Shown: one piece after another, positions 24,419 through 36,285 of the stretch
How the letters are laid out: each line of letters opens with the position of its first letter
Numbering within the stretch: position 1 is the stretch's first letter
Source: Lama guanicoe
Taxonomy: Eukaryota
Length of the DNA: 64,000 bases
Reading direction: 5' to 3'
NCBI GenBank assembly: GCA_013239625.1
Contig: MU054212.1
Coordinates: 8,914,898 to 8,978,897, forward strand
Notes under the pieces: generated by a model
Databases searched by the model: none
What the model was told of the DNA's origin: nothing
The model's input: only the letters and a program-made list of their open reading frames with translations
Made by a program: the position numbers and the translations under genes

Positions 24419-25026
24419 ATGTCCCTGGTCTCTGTCATTTGACAGATGCCATAACCGGCTAGCCCCAAGTCCCACCACTGGTTTGGGGGCAGCCCCAGGC
24501 CCGGAGGCCCAGCCTCTTGTGTCAGAGGCTGATAATCTTTTCTTCCCAAGGGCTGAGTTCTGGGGACACTCTGGAGTGACTGGGGTGTGCAGGGTTTCCT
24601 GGCTAGCGGGCAGCTCACCCTGTAGCATTCTTGAAAGGTCTTCCTAGAAGTCCACGGTCACAGCCAGCTGGACTTCACTGAGGTGTGGCTTCTGCTCCTG
24701 GGTGTTCATGTCACACATGCCAGGTGGAACTGGATTCTTGGCCCGTTTGTGTGTTTTCCTAGGATATCAGTCAGTGGACCTTCCCTGGAGTGTCGCATTA
24801 ATACCCACACACTTGGACCCTGAGACTGACTTGAAAGCATGGAAAACACTGCACACAAATGTGGCAGAGTAGGAAGGAAGCACCAGGACTGGGTGAAGAG
24901 GGAAAAGCTCCAAAGAGATTGGGACCCCCATCTCCCTGAACCCACTTCAAGTTTCTGCTCTTGGTCTGCAGCCTACTCTGAGACTTCTGCCCTCCCCTAG
25001 CAGAGCTGAAGTTAGGTCTCTTTGGC

Positions 25027-25211
25027 ACCTGTTCTCAGAATGGGGCCCCAGGCCCCTGCATCAGGTCACCTGGAGATAATGGAAAGTGGGGAGTGTCCTG
25101 AGCCCCACCCACCCAGACCATCAGAATTAGAATATCGGAGTGTGACCCGGGAAGCTCCCTTTTAGACAGCTCCCCAGGAGGTTAGCGTGTGCAAAAGCTT
25201 AAGAACCACTG
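25027..25211. mobile_element. MER5A-like hAT-Charlie element
   Basis: ctgttctcagaatggggcccc...tgcatcaggtcacctgg...gccccacccacccagacc...tcagaattagaat...ccccagg...aaagcttaagaaccactg. Confidence 0.75.
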
Positions 25212-25215
25212 TTCA

Positions 25216-25922
25216 CCTCCTACGCTGCTGGTGGGAATGCAGTTTGCTGCAGCCACTGTGGAAAACAGTATGGAGATTGCTCAGAAGACTAGGAATAGAT
25301 TTACCATATGACCCAGTAATCCTGCTCCTGGGCATAGATCCAGAAGGAACCCTACTTCAGGATGACACCTGCACCCCAATGTTCATAGCAGCACTATTTA
25401 CAATAGCCAAGACATGGAGACAGCCTAAATGTCCATCGACAGATGACTGGATAAAGAAGATGTGGTATATTTACACAATGGAATACTATTCAGCCATAAA
25501 AACTGACAACATAATACCATTTGCAGCAACATGGATGTCATTCTAAGTGAAGTAATCCAGGAGGAGAAAGAAAAATACCATATGAGATCGCTCATATGTG
25601 GAACCTAAAAAAAAAAAAAGAACATAAATACAAAATAGAAACAGACTCATAGACATAGAATACAAACTTGTGGTTGCCAAGGGGGTTGGGGGTGGGAAGG
25701 GACAGACTGGGATTTTTAAATGTAGAATAGATAAACAAGATTACAGCACAGGGAAATATATACAAGATCTTGTGGTAGCTCACAGTGAAAAAAAAAGTGA
25801 CAATGAATATATGCGTGTTCATGTATAACTGAAAACTTGTGCTTTACACTGGAATTTGACACAATGTTGTAAAATGACTATTACTCAATAAAAAAATGTT
25901 AAAAACAAAAAACAAAAACAAA
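25216..25922 (+). mobile_element. Young 5'-truncated L1 (ORF2 C-terminus, 3' UTR, A-rich tail)
   Basis: Open ORF2 peptide [20 protein letters not shown]...PYDP...CTPMFIAALFTIAKTWRQPKCPSTDDWIKKMWYIYTMEYYSAIK; TSD AACCACTGTTCA at 25204-25215 and 25923-25934; AATAAA and an (AAAAAC)n tail. Confidence 0.95.
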
Positions 25923-25936
25923 AACCACTGTTCAAA

Positions 25937-26446
25937 TGCTACCGAGTCCCAGCTCATACTACTCGCCTCACGACAGGCCATCGAGAGACCAGGTGTTGGG
26001 GCAAGGAACAGTGAATTTATTTGGAAAGCCAGCAGACCGAGGAGATGGTGGACTAGTGTCCCAAGGAACCATCTTGCCCAGGTTTAGATGCTAGTTTTCT
26101 TTCATTGAGCAAAAAAGAGGAGGTGAGGATGTAGAGTAAAAAAGGTGATAAGTTGTTGCAGATATTTCCTGGTTCTGGCCAGACTCCAGAGGGGGCGTGT
26201 TAATTCCTTCCTGCAGCCATTCATTGGTGGTCCTGGTCAGGATGTTTCCTGTGAGCTTAAACAGAAGTAGTTTATCTTAATACTCAGGCATGGGAGGCAG
26301 GATTTTTGGAGATGGGCCATTTTGTATACTTTAAGCTGTAGGCAACATCCTTTTAGTGACTAACTTGTAGCAAAATCAATAGAATACAAAGTCAAAGTCA
26401 AAGAAACAGATCCAATATGGAGTCAGATTTGTTCTTCCCTGTTACA
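25937..26446 (-). mobile_element. ERV1-class solo LTR related to the 14817-15319 copy
   Basis: Shared ends: tgctaccgagtcccagctc...tttatttggaaagccagcagaccgaggagatgg...gaaccatctt and aatatggagtcagatttgttcttccctgttaca; TG...CA termini. Confidence 0.88.
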
Positions 26447-26608
26447 CTAGGGATGGCAGAGGCACTGGGAAGTAGGGCCTTGTGATTCCAAGTCATGCTG
26501 TATGGGCCCCACCATGCAGGGATGCCAGCAGATCAGAGGAGTAGGCGGTCAACTGGCCGGTTCTGGCTCACAGCCCAGAACCCAGGAGGCAGCATTAAGT
26601 GGTGGCCC

Positions 26609-27141
26609 CAGGACTGGTTTCATGGGTGTGCAAGCAGCGTTGTCACACAGAGCCCTGTACCTGGGATTTAATGCTCAATGGTCATAGTTTTAAAATTCCT
26701 AGTTTTATTATTTATTTTGTGCCTGTTAAGCGAAGACTAATGGGACACGGGAGCAAGAGCCAGGGGCTTGGAGCCTCTACACATGTGCGGTGTGCCTGCC
26801 TCTGTCTCTGCTTCTCTAGGACCAGGAAGCTTTCGTGGGCTGCCCTCCCTGCCCCACCTGGTGACTTCCACTGCCCTGTGCCCCAGCAGGGGCCTGGGTG
26901 CAGATGGACACGTGCTGCCTGCTCGGTTAAGGGGGCGGGCTGTGGCACCAGTGTGGGTCTACACCAGCCCAGTGGGCATCCCTGAGCTCGAGGAAGCACT
27001 AGTAAATCACAGGTGAAAATACCACCAGACAGGTCAAAAGAGAGGCCACTGAGAAAGGAAAAAGAGTTTTTCCTGCTTTGTGAACATGGGGCCCCACATT
27101 TTTAGTTTGCACTAGATCTTGCAAATTACATAGCTGGCCTG
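26609..27141. mobile_element. hAT-Tip100 DNA transposon (MER91/Zaphod-like)
   Basis: caggactggtttcatgggtgtgc...cacacagagccc...ggatttaatgctc and gaacatggggccccacatttttagtttgcact...gcaaattacatagctggcctg; degenerate 8-bp TSD GGTGGCCC/GGTGACCG. Confidence 0.7.
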
Positions 27142-27998
27142 GGTGACCGTGTGCGTAAATTGTATGCTCGGTGGACCTCTTTTATCGCCAGCTCACGTGA
27201 GTGAAATACGGTGCTCCTTCCCCGGTCTTCTCTTTTCCTCCATCTCACCCGCTCTTCCTTCTGATCGTAATACACAAAGTCTCCCTTATGTCGACAGCTT
27301 TCTTTACATTTCACACCCCTGTTCTTTCAACGGAAGTGAATCATGGGGGTTTTTGAAGAATGAAACAGTAATATGGTAAACATTCTCTTGTAAATTTTAG
27401 GTAAGAGTTTGGCAGATTTTACAGAGAATCGGCGAGAGCCATCACTTTCGCATGGTTTCTCGAACTGTTCAGTGTTCCATTTTAAGTGAACGAATCTGCT
27501 TCTGTTTGGGCTTAGCTGTCTAGGAGGGTCTTGCTCAGCCTCACTGTGGCAGCCTCACCAAGTGGGCAGGATACACGGGGTGCTCTGTGGGTGTTTTCAG
27601 AAGGATGGGATGTGCGGATTGGATGTGCCAGCGTCTCTGCAGAGGTTTTATTGTTTATTGTGTGAAGGGCTGAGCAGCTGATGAACACTAGGCCTGGTTA
27701 TTTTCAAATGAAAGTTGTTGCAGCCTCAGTTGAGCGTGCTCTGCCTAAGACACTCTCCTCCCTCCCTCGGCTTCTCCTGAATTTCCTCTGGTCCCTCCGG
27801 CTGATCCTCTTCAGCCTCCTTTTCTTTGAGGCAACCTCTAAATGTTGGAATTGCAGAGGGCTTATTTCTGTGCCTTTCTTTCCTCCTCATTAGATATTTT
27901 GTTATAGCTAAGGACACAGCCTCAGGAGCCAGCCTAATCCGGGTTGAGTTGCTACTAATTGTGGTGCCAGAGGACAAGGGAGTGAGAGTTTGTGAGTA

Positions 27999-28110
27999 CA
28001 GGCATACCTTGTTTTGTTGCACTCTGCCTTGTGCCTCACAGATACGTTTCTTACAAATCGAAGGTTTGTGGCACCCTTGCACTGTCACATGATGGTTAGC
28101 ATTTTTGAGC
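27999..28110. mobile_element. Tigger1 terminal fragment (TcMar)
   Basis: TA|caggcataccttgttttgttgcact...cagatacgtttcttacaaatcgaaggtttgtggcaccc. Confidence 0.8.
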
Positions 28111-28206
28111 AGTACTTTGTACTTTTTGTTGTTGTTTGGAAGCAAAAAAATTTTTACCTTTATAACTGAGAATTTCAAAGCAATCTTGTCAGCTTATCAA
28201 TGAAAG

Positions 28207-29555
28207 TTTTTAAATTGAAGTATAGTTGATTTACAATGTTTCAGGTGTACAACAAAGTGATTCAGTTATATACATATATATTATATACAGATATTTTTTC
28301 AGGTTCTTTTCCATTATAGGTTATTGCAAGGTATTCAATATCTTGTAATATACAGTGCTATACGGTAGGTCTTTGTTGTTTATCTATTTTATATAGAGTA
28401 GTGTGTATCTGTTAATCCAAATTCCTAATTTTTCTTTCCCCCACTTTCCCCTTCAGTAGCCATGAGTTTGTCTTCTATGACTGTGAGTCTATTTCTGTTT
28501 TGAAATAAGTTCATTTGTATCGGTTTTTTAGATTGCTCATATAAGTGATATTGTATGATATTTGTCTTTCTCTTTCTGACTTACTTCACTAAGTATGATA
28601 GTCTTTATGTCCATCCACGTTGCTACAAATGGCATTATTTCAGTCTTTTTATGGCTAATTTTCATATATATATGTGTGTGTGTGTATATATCTTCTTTAT
28701 CCATTCACTGGTCAATAGACACTTAGGTTGCTTCCATGTCTTGGCTGTTGTAAATAGCGCTGCTGTAAGCATTGGGGTGCATGTATCTTTTTGATTAGAG
28801 TTTTTGTCTTTTCTGGGTATATGCCAAGGAGTGGGTTTTCTGGATCATATGGTAACTCTGTTCTTAGTTTTTAAGGAACTTCCATACAGTGGCTGTACCA
28901 ATTTACATCCCCACCAACAGTGCAGGAGGGTTCTCTTTTCTCCACACCCTCTCCAGCATTTATTATTTGGAGACTTTTTGGTGATGGCCTTTCTGACCAG
29001 TGTGAAGTGATATCTCATTGTGGTTTTGATTTGCATTTCTCTAATAATTAGCAATGTTGAGCATCTTTTCATGTTCCTGTTTGCCATCTATATGTCTTCT
29101 TTGGAGAAATGTCTATTTTGGTCTTTTGCCCATTTTTTTGATTGGGTTGTTTGTTTTTGTTTGAGCTGTATAATCTGTTTTACATTTTGGAAATTAATCC
29201 CTTGTTGGCCGTCTCACTTGCAAATATTTCCTCCCATTCTGTAGGTTGTCTTTTCATTTTACTTATGGTTTCCTTTGCTGTGAAAAAGCTTTAAAGTTTA
29301 ATTAGGTCCTGTTTGTTTATTTTTGCTTTTATTTCCATTACTCTAGGAGATGGATTCAAAAAAATATTGTTGTGATTTATGTCAGAGTGTGTTCTGCCTG
29401 TGTTTTCCTCTAGGAGTTTTAGAGTATCTGGTCTTACATTTAGGCCTTTGATCCATTTTGAGTTTATTTTTGTATACGGTGTTAGAAAATGTTCTAACTT
29501 CATTCTTTCACATGTAACTGTGCAGTTTTCCCAGCACCATTTGTTGAAGAGACTG
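28207..29555 (-). mobile_element. Cetartiodactyl-type L1, about 1.35 kb (ORF2 3' part and 3' UTR)
   Basis: Minus-strand ORF2 peptides [10 protein letters not shown]...[28 protein letters not shown] and [29 protein letters not shown]...[16 protein letters not shown]. Confidence 0.95.
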
Positions 29556-29651
29556 GAACCCATGGGCAGTATCTTCAAGATATGTCTGTACTCCAATAAA
29601 ATAACTACTATTATAGAATTCTGTATCCTGAAAAAATACCCTTTAAAGGTG

Positions 29652-30736
29652 ATATGATATCAAAAGCACAAACAACAAAAGAAAAAAACAGGTAAACTGT
29701 ACTGCATCAAAATTAAAAGCTTTTGTGCTTCCAAAGACACCACTGAGAAAGTGAAAAGACAACTTCATAGATTGGGAGGATATTTTTGCAAACCATATAG
29801 CTGATAAATGGCTTGTATCTACAATATATGAAGGATTCTTACAACTCAATGACAAAAAGATAAATAACCCAGTTTAAAAATGGGCTAAGATTTTGCAAAG
29901 ACATTTCTCCATAGAAGATATACAGATGACCAGTAAATACACGAAAAGATGCTCACAGTCGTTCGCCATCAGGGAAATGCAAATTGAAACCATGAGATAC
30001 TTACATTTATTAAGATGGCCATAATCAAAAAGGAAACAAGTACTTGCAAAGTTTAGGAGAAGGGGGAGCCCTCATGGATTGCTGGTGGGAAGATAAAATA
30101 GTGTAGCTGCTTTGGAAAACAGTCCAGCAGTTTCTTGAAATATTAAACATAGAGGTGCCATGTGACCCAGCAATCCTATTCTGAGGTGCAGTACCCTAGA
30201 GAAATGAAACACATGTCTATACACAAACTTGTACACAAATATTCATCGTACTGTTATTCCTAGTTGCCCCAAAGTAGAAACAACCCAGTGTTCTTCAGCT
30301 GATGAATGGGTAAGTCAAAGTGGTACATCCATATAATGAAATATAATTTAGCAATAAGGGGAATGATGTATGAATAAATGCTGTAGCATGAAAGAAACTT
30401 GACAGCTTTATACTCAGTGAGACAAGGTAGCCACAGAAGACCTCATATAGTGTGATTCCATTTATATGAAGTGTCCTGAATAGGCAAATCTATAGAGACA
30501 AAAAGTAGATCAGTGGTTTGTGGGTACAGAGAGGGTGTGTTTGTGGGAATGAGGAGTTACTACCAGTGGATATGTGGTTTGCTTTTGGGGTGGTGGAAAT
30601 GTTCTTAAATTGATTGTGGTGATGGATGGACAATACTGTGAATATACTACAGGCCAGGGAATTGTACACTCTAAATGGGTGAACTGTACGGTATGGAATT
30701 ATATCTCAATAAAGCTGCTACTGAAGGAAAAAAAAA
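29652..30736 (+). mobile_element. L1MB-like 3' segment (ORF2 end and 3' UTR) inserted in the host L1
   Basis: atatgatatcaaaagcacaa...aaattaaaagcttttgtgc...gtgacccagcaatcc...tgattccatttatatgaagtgtcctgaataggcaaatctatagagaca...ttatatctcaataaagctg + A tract. Confidence 0.85.
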
Positions 30737-31007
30737 GGAGGTAAAACAGAGATGTTTCTAGAAAATAGGAACTGAGGAAATTTGTTGCCAGTAGACTCTC
30801 ACTAAAGAAATACTAAAGAGAGTTCTGTAGGCAGAAGGAAATTGTCACAGGTGGAAGCACAGAAATGCAGGAACAAATGAGGCGCAAGAAACAAAGCAAA
30901 AACGTGGGTAAATTTAAATGAATATTGGCAGCCAGAATAATACTGTATCACAGGGTCCAAAATACATTTCTCCGTATGTCAAAAGGTATAGACCATATTA
31001 AAGTGGT

Positions 31008-31865
31008 CTATCACCTCACACTAATCAGAATGGCCATATTAAAAAGTCTACAAATAATGAATACTGGAGAAAAAGGACCCCTCCTACACTGTTGATGGGA
31101 ATGTAAACTGGTGCAGCCACTATGGCGGACAGTATGAAGGTCCCTCAAAAAACTAAAAATAGACTTACCCTATGATCCAGCAATCCCACCCCTGGGTATA
31201 TATCCATAGGAAATTCTAACTTGAAAAGACACATGCAGCCCAATATTCATAGCAGCACTATTTACAATAGCCAAGACATGGCAATAACCTAAATGTCCAT
31301 CAACAGATGACTGGGTAAAGAAGTTGTGGTATATTTATACAATGGAATGCTACTCAGCCATGAAAAAGAATAAAATAATGCCATTTCCAGCACAATAGAT
31401 GGACCTAGAGATTATCATACTAAGGGAAGTAAGCCAGAAAAAAAAAGACAAATACCATATGATATCACTTATATGTGAACTCTAATAAAAAATCATACAA
31501 ATTCTATTTACAAACCAAAAACAGACTCATGGACCTAGAAAACAAACTATGGTTACCAAAGGGGAAAAGGGCAGGGAAGGATAAACTAGGGGTTGGGGAT
31601 TAACAGACACACATTACTATATATAAAATAGGTAAACAACAAGGACCTACTGTGTAGCACAGGGAACTATATTCAATTTCTTGTAATAATATAAAATGGA
31701 AAAGAGTCTGAAAAAGAAAAAATGTATATGTATGTTTGTATATATATGTATAACCGAATCACTTTGCTGAACACCTGACACTAACATTGTAAATCAACTA
31801 CACTTCAATAAAAATTTTTTTAAAAAAAGAAATAAGAAATGATAAATCAAGGGTTAAAAAAAAAT
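31008..31865 (+). mobile_element. Cetartiodactyl-type 5'-truncated L1 inserted in the host L1
   Basis: tatcacctcacactaatcagaatggcc...cttcaataaaa; TSD AAAGTGGT at 31000-31007 and 31866-31873. Confidence 0.92.
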
Positions 31866-33189
31866 AAAGTGGTTGAGTGTCTTGAAATTTCCTGGGAAGT
31901 GATAGCACTCACTCATAGTAGGTTCTGCTGAGTCAGGAAGCCATGTGATTACCTAGAGGTTAAATTACTGAAAGAATATGTAACTAGGAATAAATAGCAT
32001 AATAGAAAGGAAATATGGAATAATGAAAAATAGCAGATTAAACCAAAAGATGCCAAGAAAGAAGGAAAAAGGAAACTAGAGCATGTAGATCAAATCCTAA
32101 ACAATAGCAATCACTTTAGGTTAACAGACTTTGTTAAATACTTTTGTTAAAAAACTGAGATTGTCTGATTGGATAAGAAACTATATCCTACTTACAAGGG
32201 ACACATCTTGAATATATGAGTACCAGATGTTGTAAGGAAAAGTATGGAAGAAGATAAACTGCGTGGCTCTCACTCAAAGAAAGTGGTGTGTCCGTGCTAG
32301 TAACAGACGGCATAATGTTTAAGGCAAGAAATGTTACTAGAGATAGGGAGGAAATCTCACGGTGCCAAAAGACTAGGAAATTGCATCTTCACTAAGAAGT
32401 ATAGATCAATCAATCAGTCAATCAAATATTGTCAGAATTAAAAGGAAAAATAGAAAAATTTGCATTTGTATTGGGAGATTCACACACCTGTCTGTAGAGC
32501 AAGCAGGTTAAGGGCAGTGAGGAGAGAGGAGATTTGAGAATCTCATTTAACAAACACTGTAGCTGTGGAGTATGCATCCTTGGCAGCAAGTAACTTCGAA
32601 GTATTGAAATCATACGAAGTATATTTTCTAACCATAGTGAAATTAAGGTAGCAATTAACAATAAAAAAGATGTTAGAAAATTCCTAAATAGTTGGAAATT
32701 ATGTAATATACTTCTAAATAACCCCTGGGTCAAAGAAGAAATCCCAGTGGAATTTAGACAAAATTTTGGACTGAAGATAATAAAAACATGGCATATCGGC
32801 TCTCATGGTCTGTAGCTAGACCTTACTTAGAGGAAAATTATTGTCTTAAATGCACATAATTGAAAAGAAGAAAGACTGAAAATATTTAGATTTTACACAG
32901 TAGAAAAAAAACAGCATATTTAACACAAAGGAGGAAGGAAATAATAAAGATAATAGAAATTAATGAGCTAGAAAATAAACTTAAAATTGTGGAAAAGCAA
33001 TGCAATCAAGTGTTGGTTTTTTGAAAAGACTAGTAAGTGAAAAAGGACCTCTATTAAAGAAAACATGGGAAAGCACAACTTTTCACTATCTGGAATGAAA
33101 AAGGGGGACACCACTACAGATCCCCAAGTCACAAAAAGTTAGCTGTAATTGTTAGGTTCACCAGTGCACTTGTGGATTTCAACCGCCAT

Positions 33190-33960
33190 GTTTTTATTCA
33201 TGCCCCAACCCCCAAATCGATTTCTCTACTCAACGCCTCTACTTGTTTTAGACATAACATGTTAAAAACAAAAATCCCCAATTTTTATCCTATCTCCCTG
33301 TCCCCAACAGCTTTTTTGTGTAATGTTTCTTCTGCTGGTAAATGATGATTCTATCGTTGATTCATTTGCTCAAGCAAGAAACTCTCTGTTCAATCACCAA
33401 GTCATTCTAACTTCTCCTTCCTCCCTCCCCGTCTTTCCCTGTATCACCCCCCTCCCTTTTCTTCTCTCTGTTTCCACTGCTTCCACCATTGTCCAAGCCA
33501 CCTTCAAAGCACCCCTAACCTCTGCAGTGGCCTCTTCATTTGTCTTCCCCCTTCTGTCCCCACACTGCAAAGCTAATCCCGCATGCATCTGTTTACAGCC
33601 AATTTCATAGCTTCTCGTTGCCTTAGAATCAAGTCTAAAATCTGCTGTGGTCAGGAAGCCTCCCCGTCTGGAGCCCTTGGCTGCCTTCTTTTAGTACCTT
33701 GACTACTCATACTCCTCCTATGTCGGGGCTTTTAAATCCATCATACTTCAGTTCGCCATCCCTGCACTCCTCCCCCAACAGAAGTAGGAACAGAAACAAT
33801 AAGGTGACCAGATCCTTGTCCCCCTTATTTCCCTGTTTGGTGGCTGGTCCCATCCACAGCCTTGAGTGCTCCCTGGAACCTGGCCTGTCACGCTAGGATG
33901 TAGCACAGTGCCTGGCACCGAGAAGCAGCACAGGAGACGATTATTCATCTGAATGAGTAA
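33190..33960 (+). mobile_element. L2 fragment
   Basis: ttgctcaagcaagaaac...ccactgcttccaccattgtccaagccacc...ccttagaatcaagtctaaaatc...tagcacagtgcctggcaccgagaagc...tgaatga. Confidence 0.7.
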
Positions 33961-34706
33961 TAATGGGCCGGTAATAATCCTGATACTTGGTGCTTCATTG
34001 TTTTTCAACGTGACTGAAGAGACACAGAAAATGGGAAAAGATACCTGTAAGCACAAGGAAATACAGCTCAGCCCTTTCAAGAGAGAAGTTTAATGCATTT
34101 TTGGTTTTTTAATTTAATGACAGAAAGGCCCTTTAAAATAATTCAAATACTTACCGGATTATCACACCCGCTCACTTTAAGCTCTTAATGGGAGAAACCT
34201 TGCCTTTGTCTCTTTCCTGTAGAATTTGGCAGAGGTCCTCGCCTTTGGTTGGTGAGCTGTGCAATTCTGTTGACTTAAATAGAAGTCTGGGGCTTGATTT
34301 GGAAACTGCCTAAATCAATTTCAGGACGTTGCTTCTCTCGCTGAGGTTGCTGGCCATAAATAACATAACTTATTAAAGATTTCTGAGGAAGTCAAATCCA
34401 ACCGCTTTCAAAGTAAATGTATTCATATTATTTCATAACCCACACATACTGGATCCTCAACAATACCCTGGTACTTCACCCTTAAACATTTATTAAATAC
34501 CCATGATATACCTGTTGTTCTGAAGAGTCTAAAAGGGCCCCTGGAGATCTAGAAGTTTAAAGATGATTTGTTAGGGTTCGCCAACAGGACTGGTTTCTTC
34601 TGATACCATGTAAGTTCGTTTCATTTGGTCTTTCTCTTAAGGAAACTGACCCAGTGTTGCTTTTATTTTTAAAATACATAAAATTACGTCTTTATATGAA
34701 ACTTCA

Positions 34707-35471
34707 TTTTTCAAAAATTGAGGTATAGCTGATTTACAATGTTGTGTTAATGTCTGGTGTACAGCATAGTGATCAGTCATACATACATATGTATATATAT
34801 ATATATATTCCTTTTCATATTCTTTTTCATTATAGGCCATTAGAGGGTATTGAATATTGTTTCTTGTGCTATACAGTGGGACCTTGTTGTTTATCTGTTT
34901 TATATATAGTAGTTAATATTTGCAAATCCTGAACTCCAAATTTATCCCTCCCCACCTCCTCTCCCCTCTGGTAACCATAAGTGTGTTTTCTATGTCTGTG
35001 AGTCTTTCTCTGTTTTGTAAATAAGTTCATTTATGTCCTTTTTTTTTCAATTCTACGTATAAGTTATATCATACGGTATTTATCTCTCTCTGACTTACTT
35101 CACTTAGTATGATGATCTCCAGGCCCATCCATGTTGCTGCAAATAGCATTATTTTATTCTTTTTTATGGCCGAGTATTATTCCACTGTGTATATGTGTAT
35201 GTTTGTATGTATATACACATACACACACATATACATATACATACATACATATATATATGCACACACACACACCCCCAACAGCTTCTTTATCCATCATCTG
35301 TTGATGGGTATTTAAGTTGCTTCCACATCTTGACTATTGTAAATAGGGCTGCTATGAACATTGGGGTGCATATATCTTTTCAAATTCGAGTTTCCCCAGG
35401 TATATGCCCAGGAGTGGGATTGCTGGATCGGAGGGTAACTCTATTTTCAGTTGTTTAAGGACTCTCCATAC
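34707..35471 (-). mobile_element. Cetartiodactyl-type L1 3' fragment with an internal (TA/CA)n microsatellite
   Basis: aattgaggtatagctgatttacaatgttgtg...ctggtaaccataagtgtgttttctatgtctgtgagtc...ggagtgggattgctggatc; microsatellite at about 35187-35272. Confidence 0.92.
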
Positions 35472-36285
35472 TGAAACTGTTCACTTTTTATTGTGAAATG
35501 CGTTATCCATATGAAGGGAATGAACGTGGAAGGCATGTGTGGTTTGGAGGATAATGAAAACGCCCTGTCCTCACCACCCGTCTTAGGAAATGGCTGAGGG
35601 CAGCCACGGCGTGGGCACCTCCACCCAGTTTCTCTGCAGTGGCCCATGTGGGGTGGGGGAACCATAGGCCACAGAAGCTTGAATGGCTGAGCCAGGGTTT
35701 TGTGAAGGTTTTATTAAGAATTGTGAAAGGGGCGTGTGGCCCTGCTGGTTGGAAAGCACTCTTTCCTGTCTTGTTTTGCTTGTCATCTAATCCCAGTTTC
35801 GAGTCACTGCTGCTTTAGAAGGAACCACAAAGCTGAGGGTGGCCATCCACTTTGACTGCCTGGTGGCAGGAGCACCATTTGAGGGGGAAGCAGTGCCGCT
35901 CTCTCATAACTGACCATCTGATGCTCTGACTGCCTCTGGGCCGCTCTGAGAGCTGGGATGAGCCTGGAGTGGCGCTCGCAGAGCACCCACGGTGACCTGG
36001 GCCCCAGAACAAGAAGGGGCCCACAGCCGGGCTTCATTTCTGAGCCAGGAGCGGGGCTGGCTTCGTGGGTGTGTGACCAGTGCAGTCTGAAAGGCCCTGT
36101 GCTTGCAGCTGCTACTTTGAACAAGTCTTCATACTTTGGTACGATGGGACGATGGAACACGCTCGGGGGCTTGGAGCCACAGCTCATGGGGGTTTCACCT
36201 CCTGCTGCCTCTCGCCTCCCTGGGAGCGGTTTGAGGGTGACCACTCCCCTCCTCCCTGGGGCTCCAGGCCTTTCCACCCAGCAAA

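Larger units (their letters stand above)
29570..33130 (+). mobile_element. Ancient host L1 (ORF1 C-terminus to ORF2 endonuclease region), interrupted twice
   Basis: ORF1 motif tagaattctgtatcctgaaaaaataccctttaaaggtga (about 29615-29652) resumes at about 30737 (aactgaggaaatttgttgccagtagactctcactaaagaaatactaaag); ORF2 text continues from 31875 to 33130 (cttctaaataacccctgggtcaaagaagaaatc; accactacagatccc). Confidence 0.7.

Noticed and set aside
25187..29596. ORFs with clear protein similarity (25187-25546, 28845-29087, 29291-29596)
   Set aside because: They are L1 ORF2 fragments from truncated insertions, not host genes.
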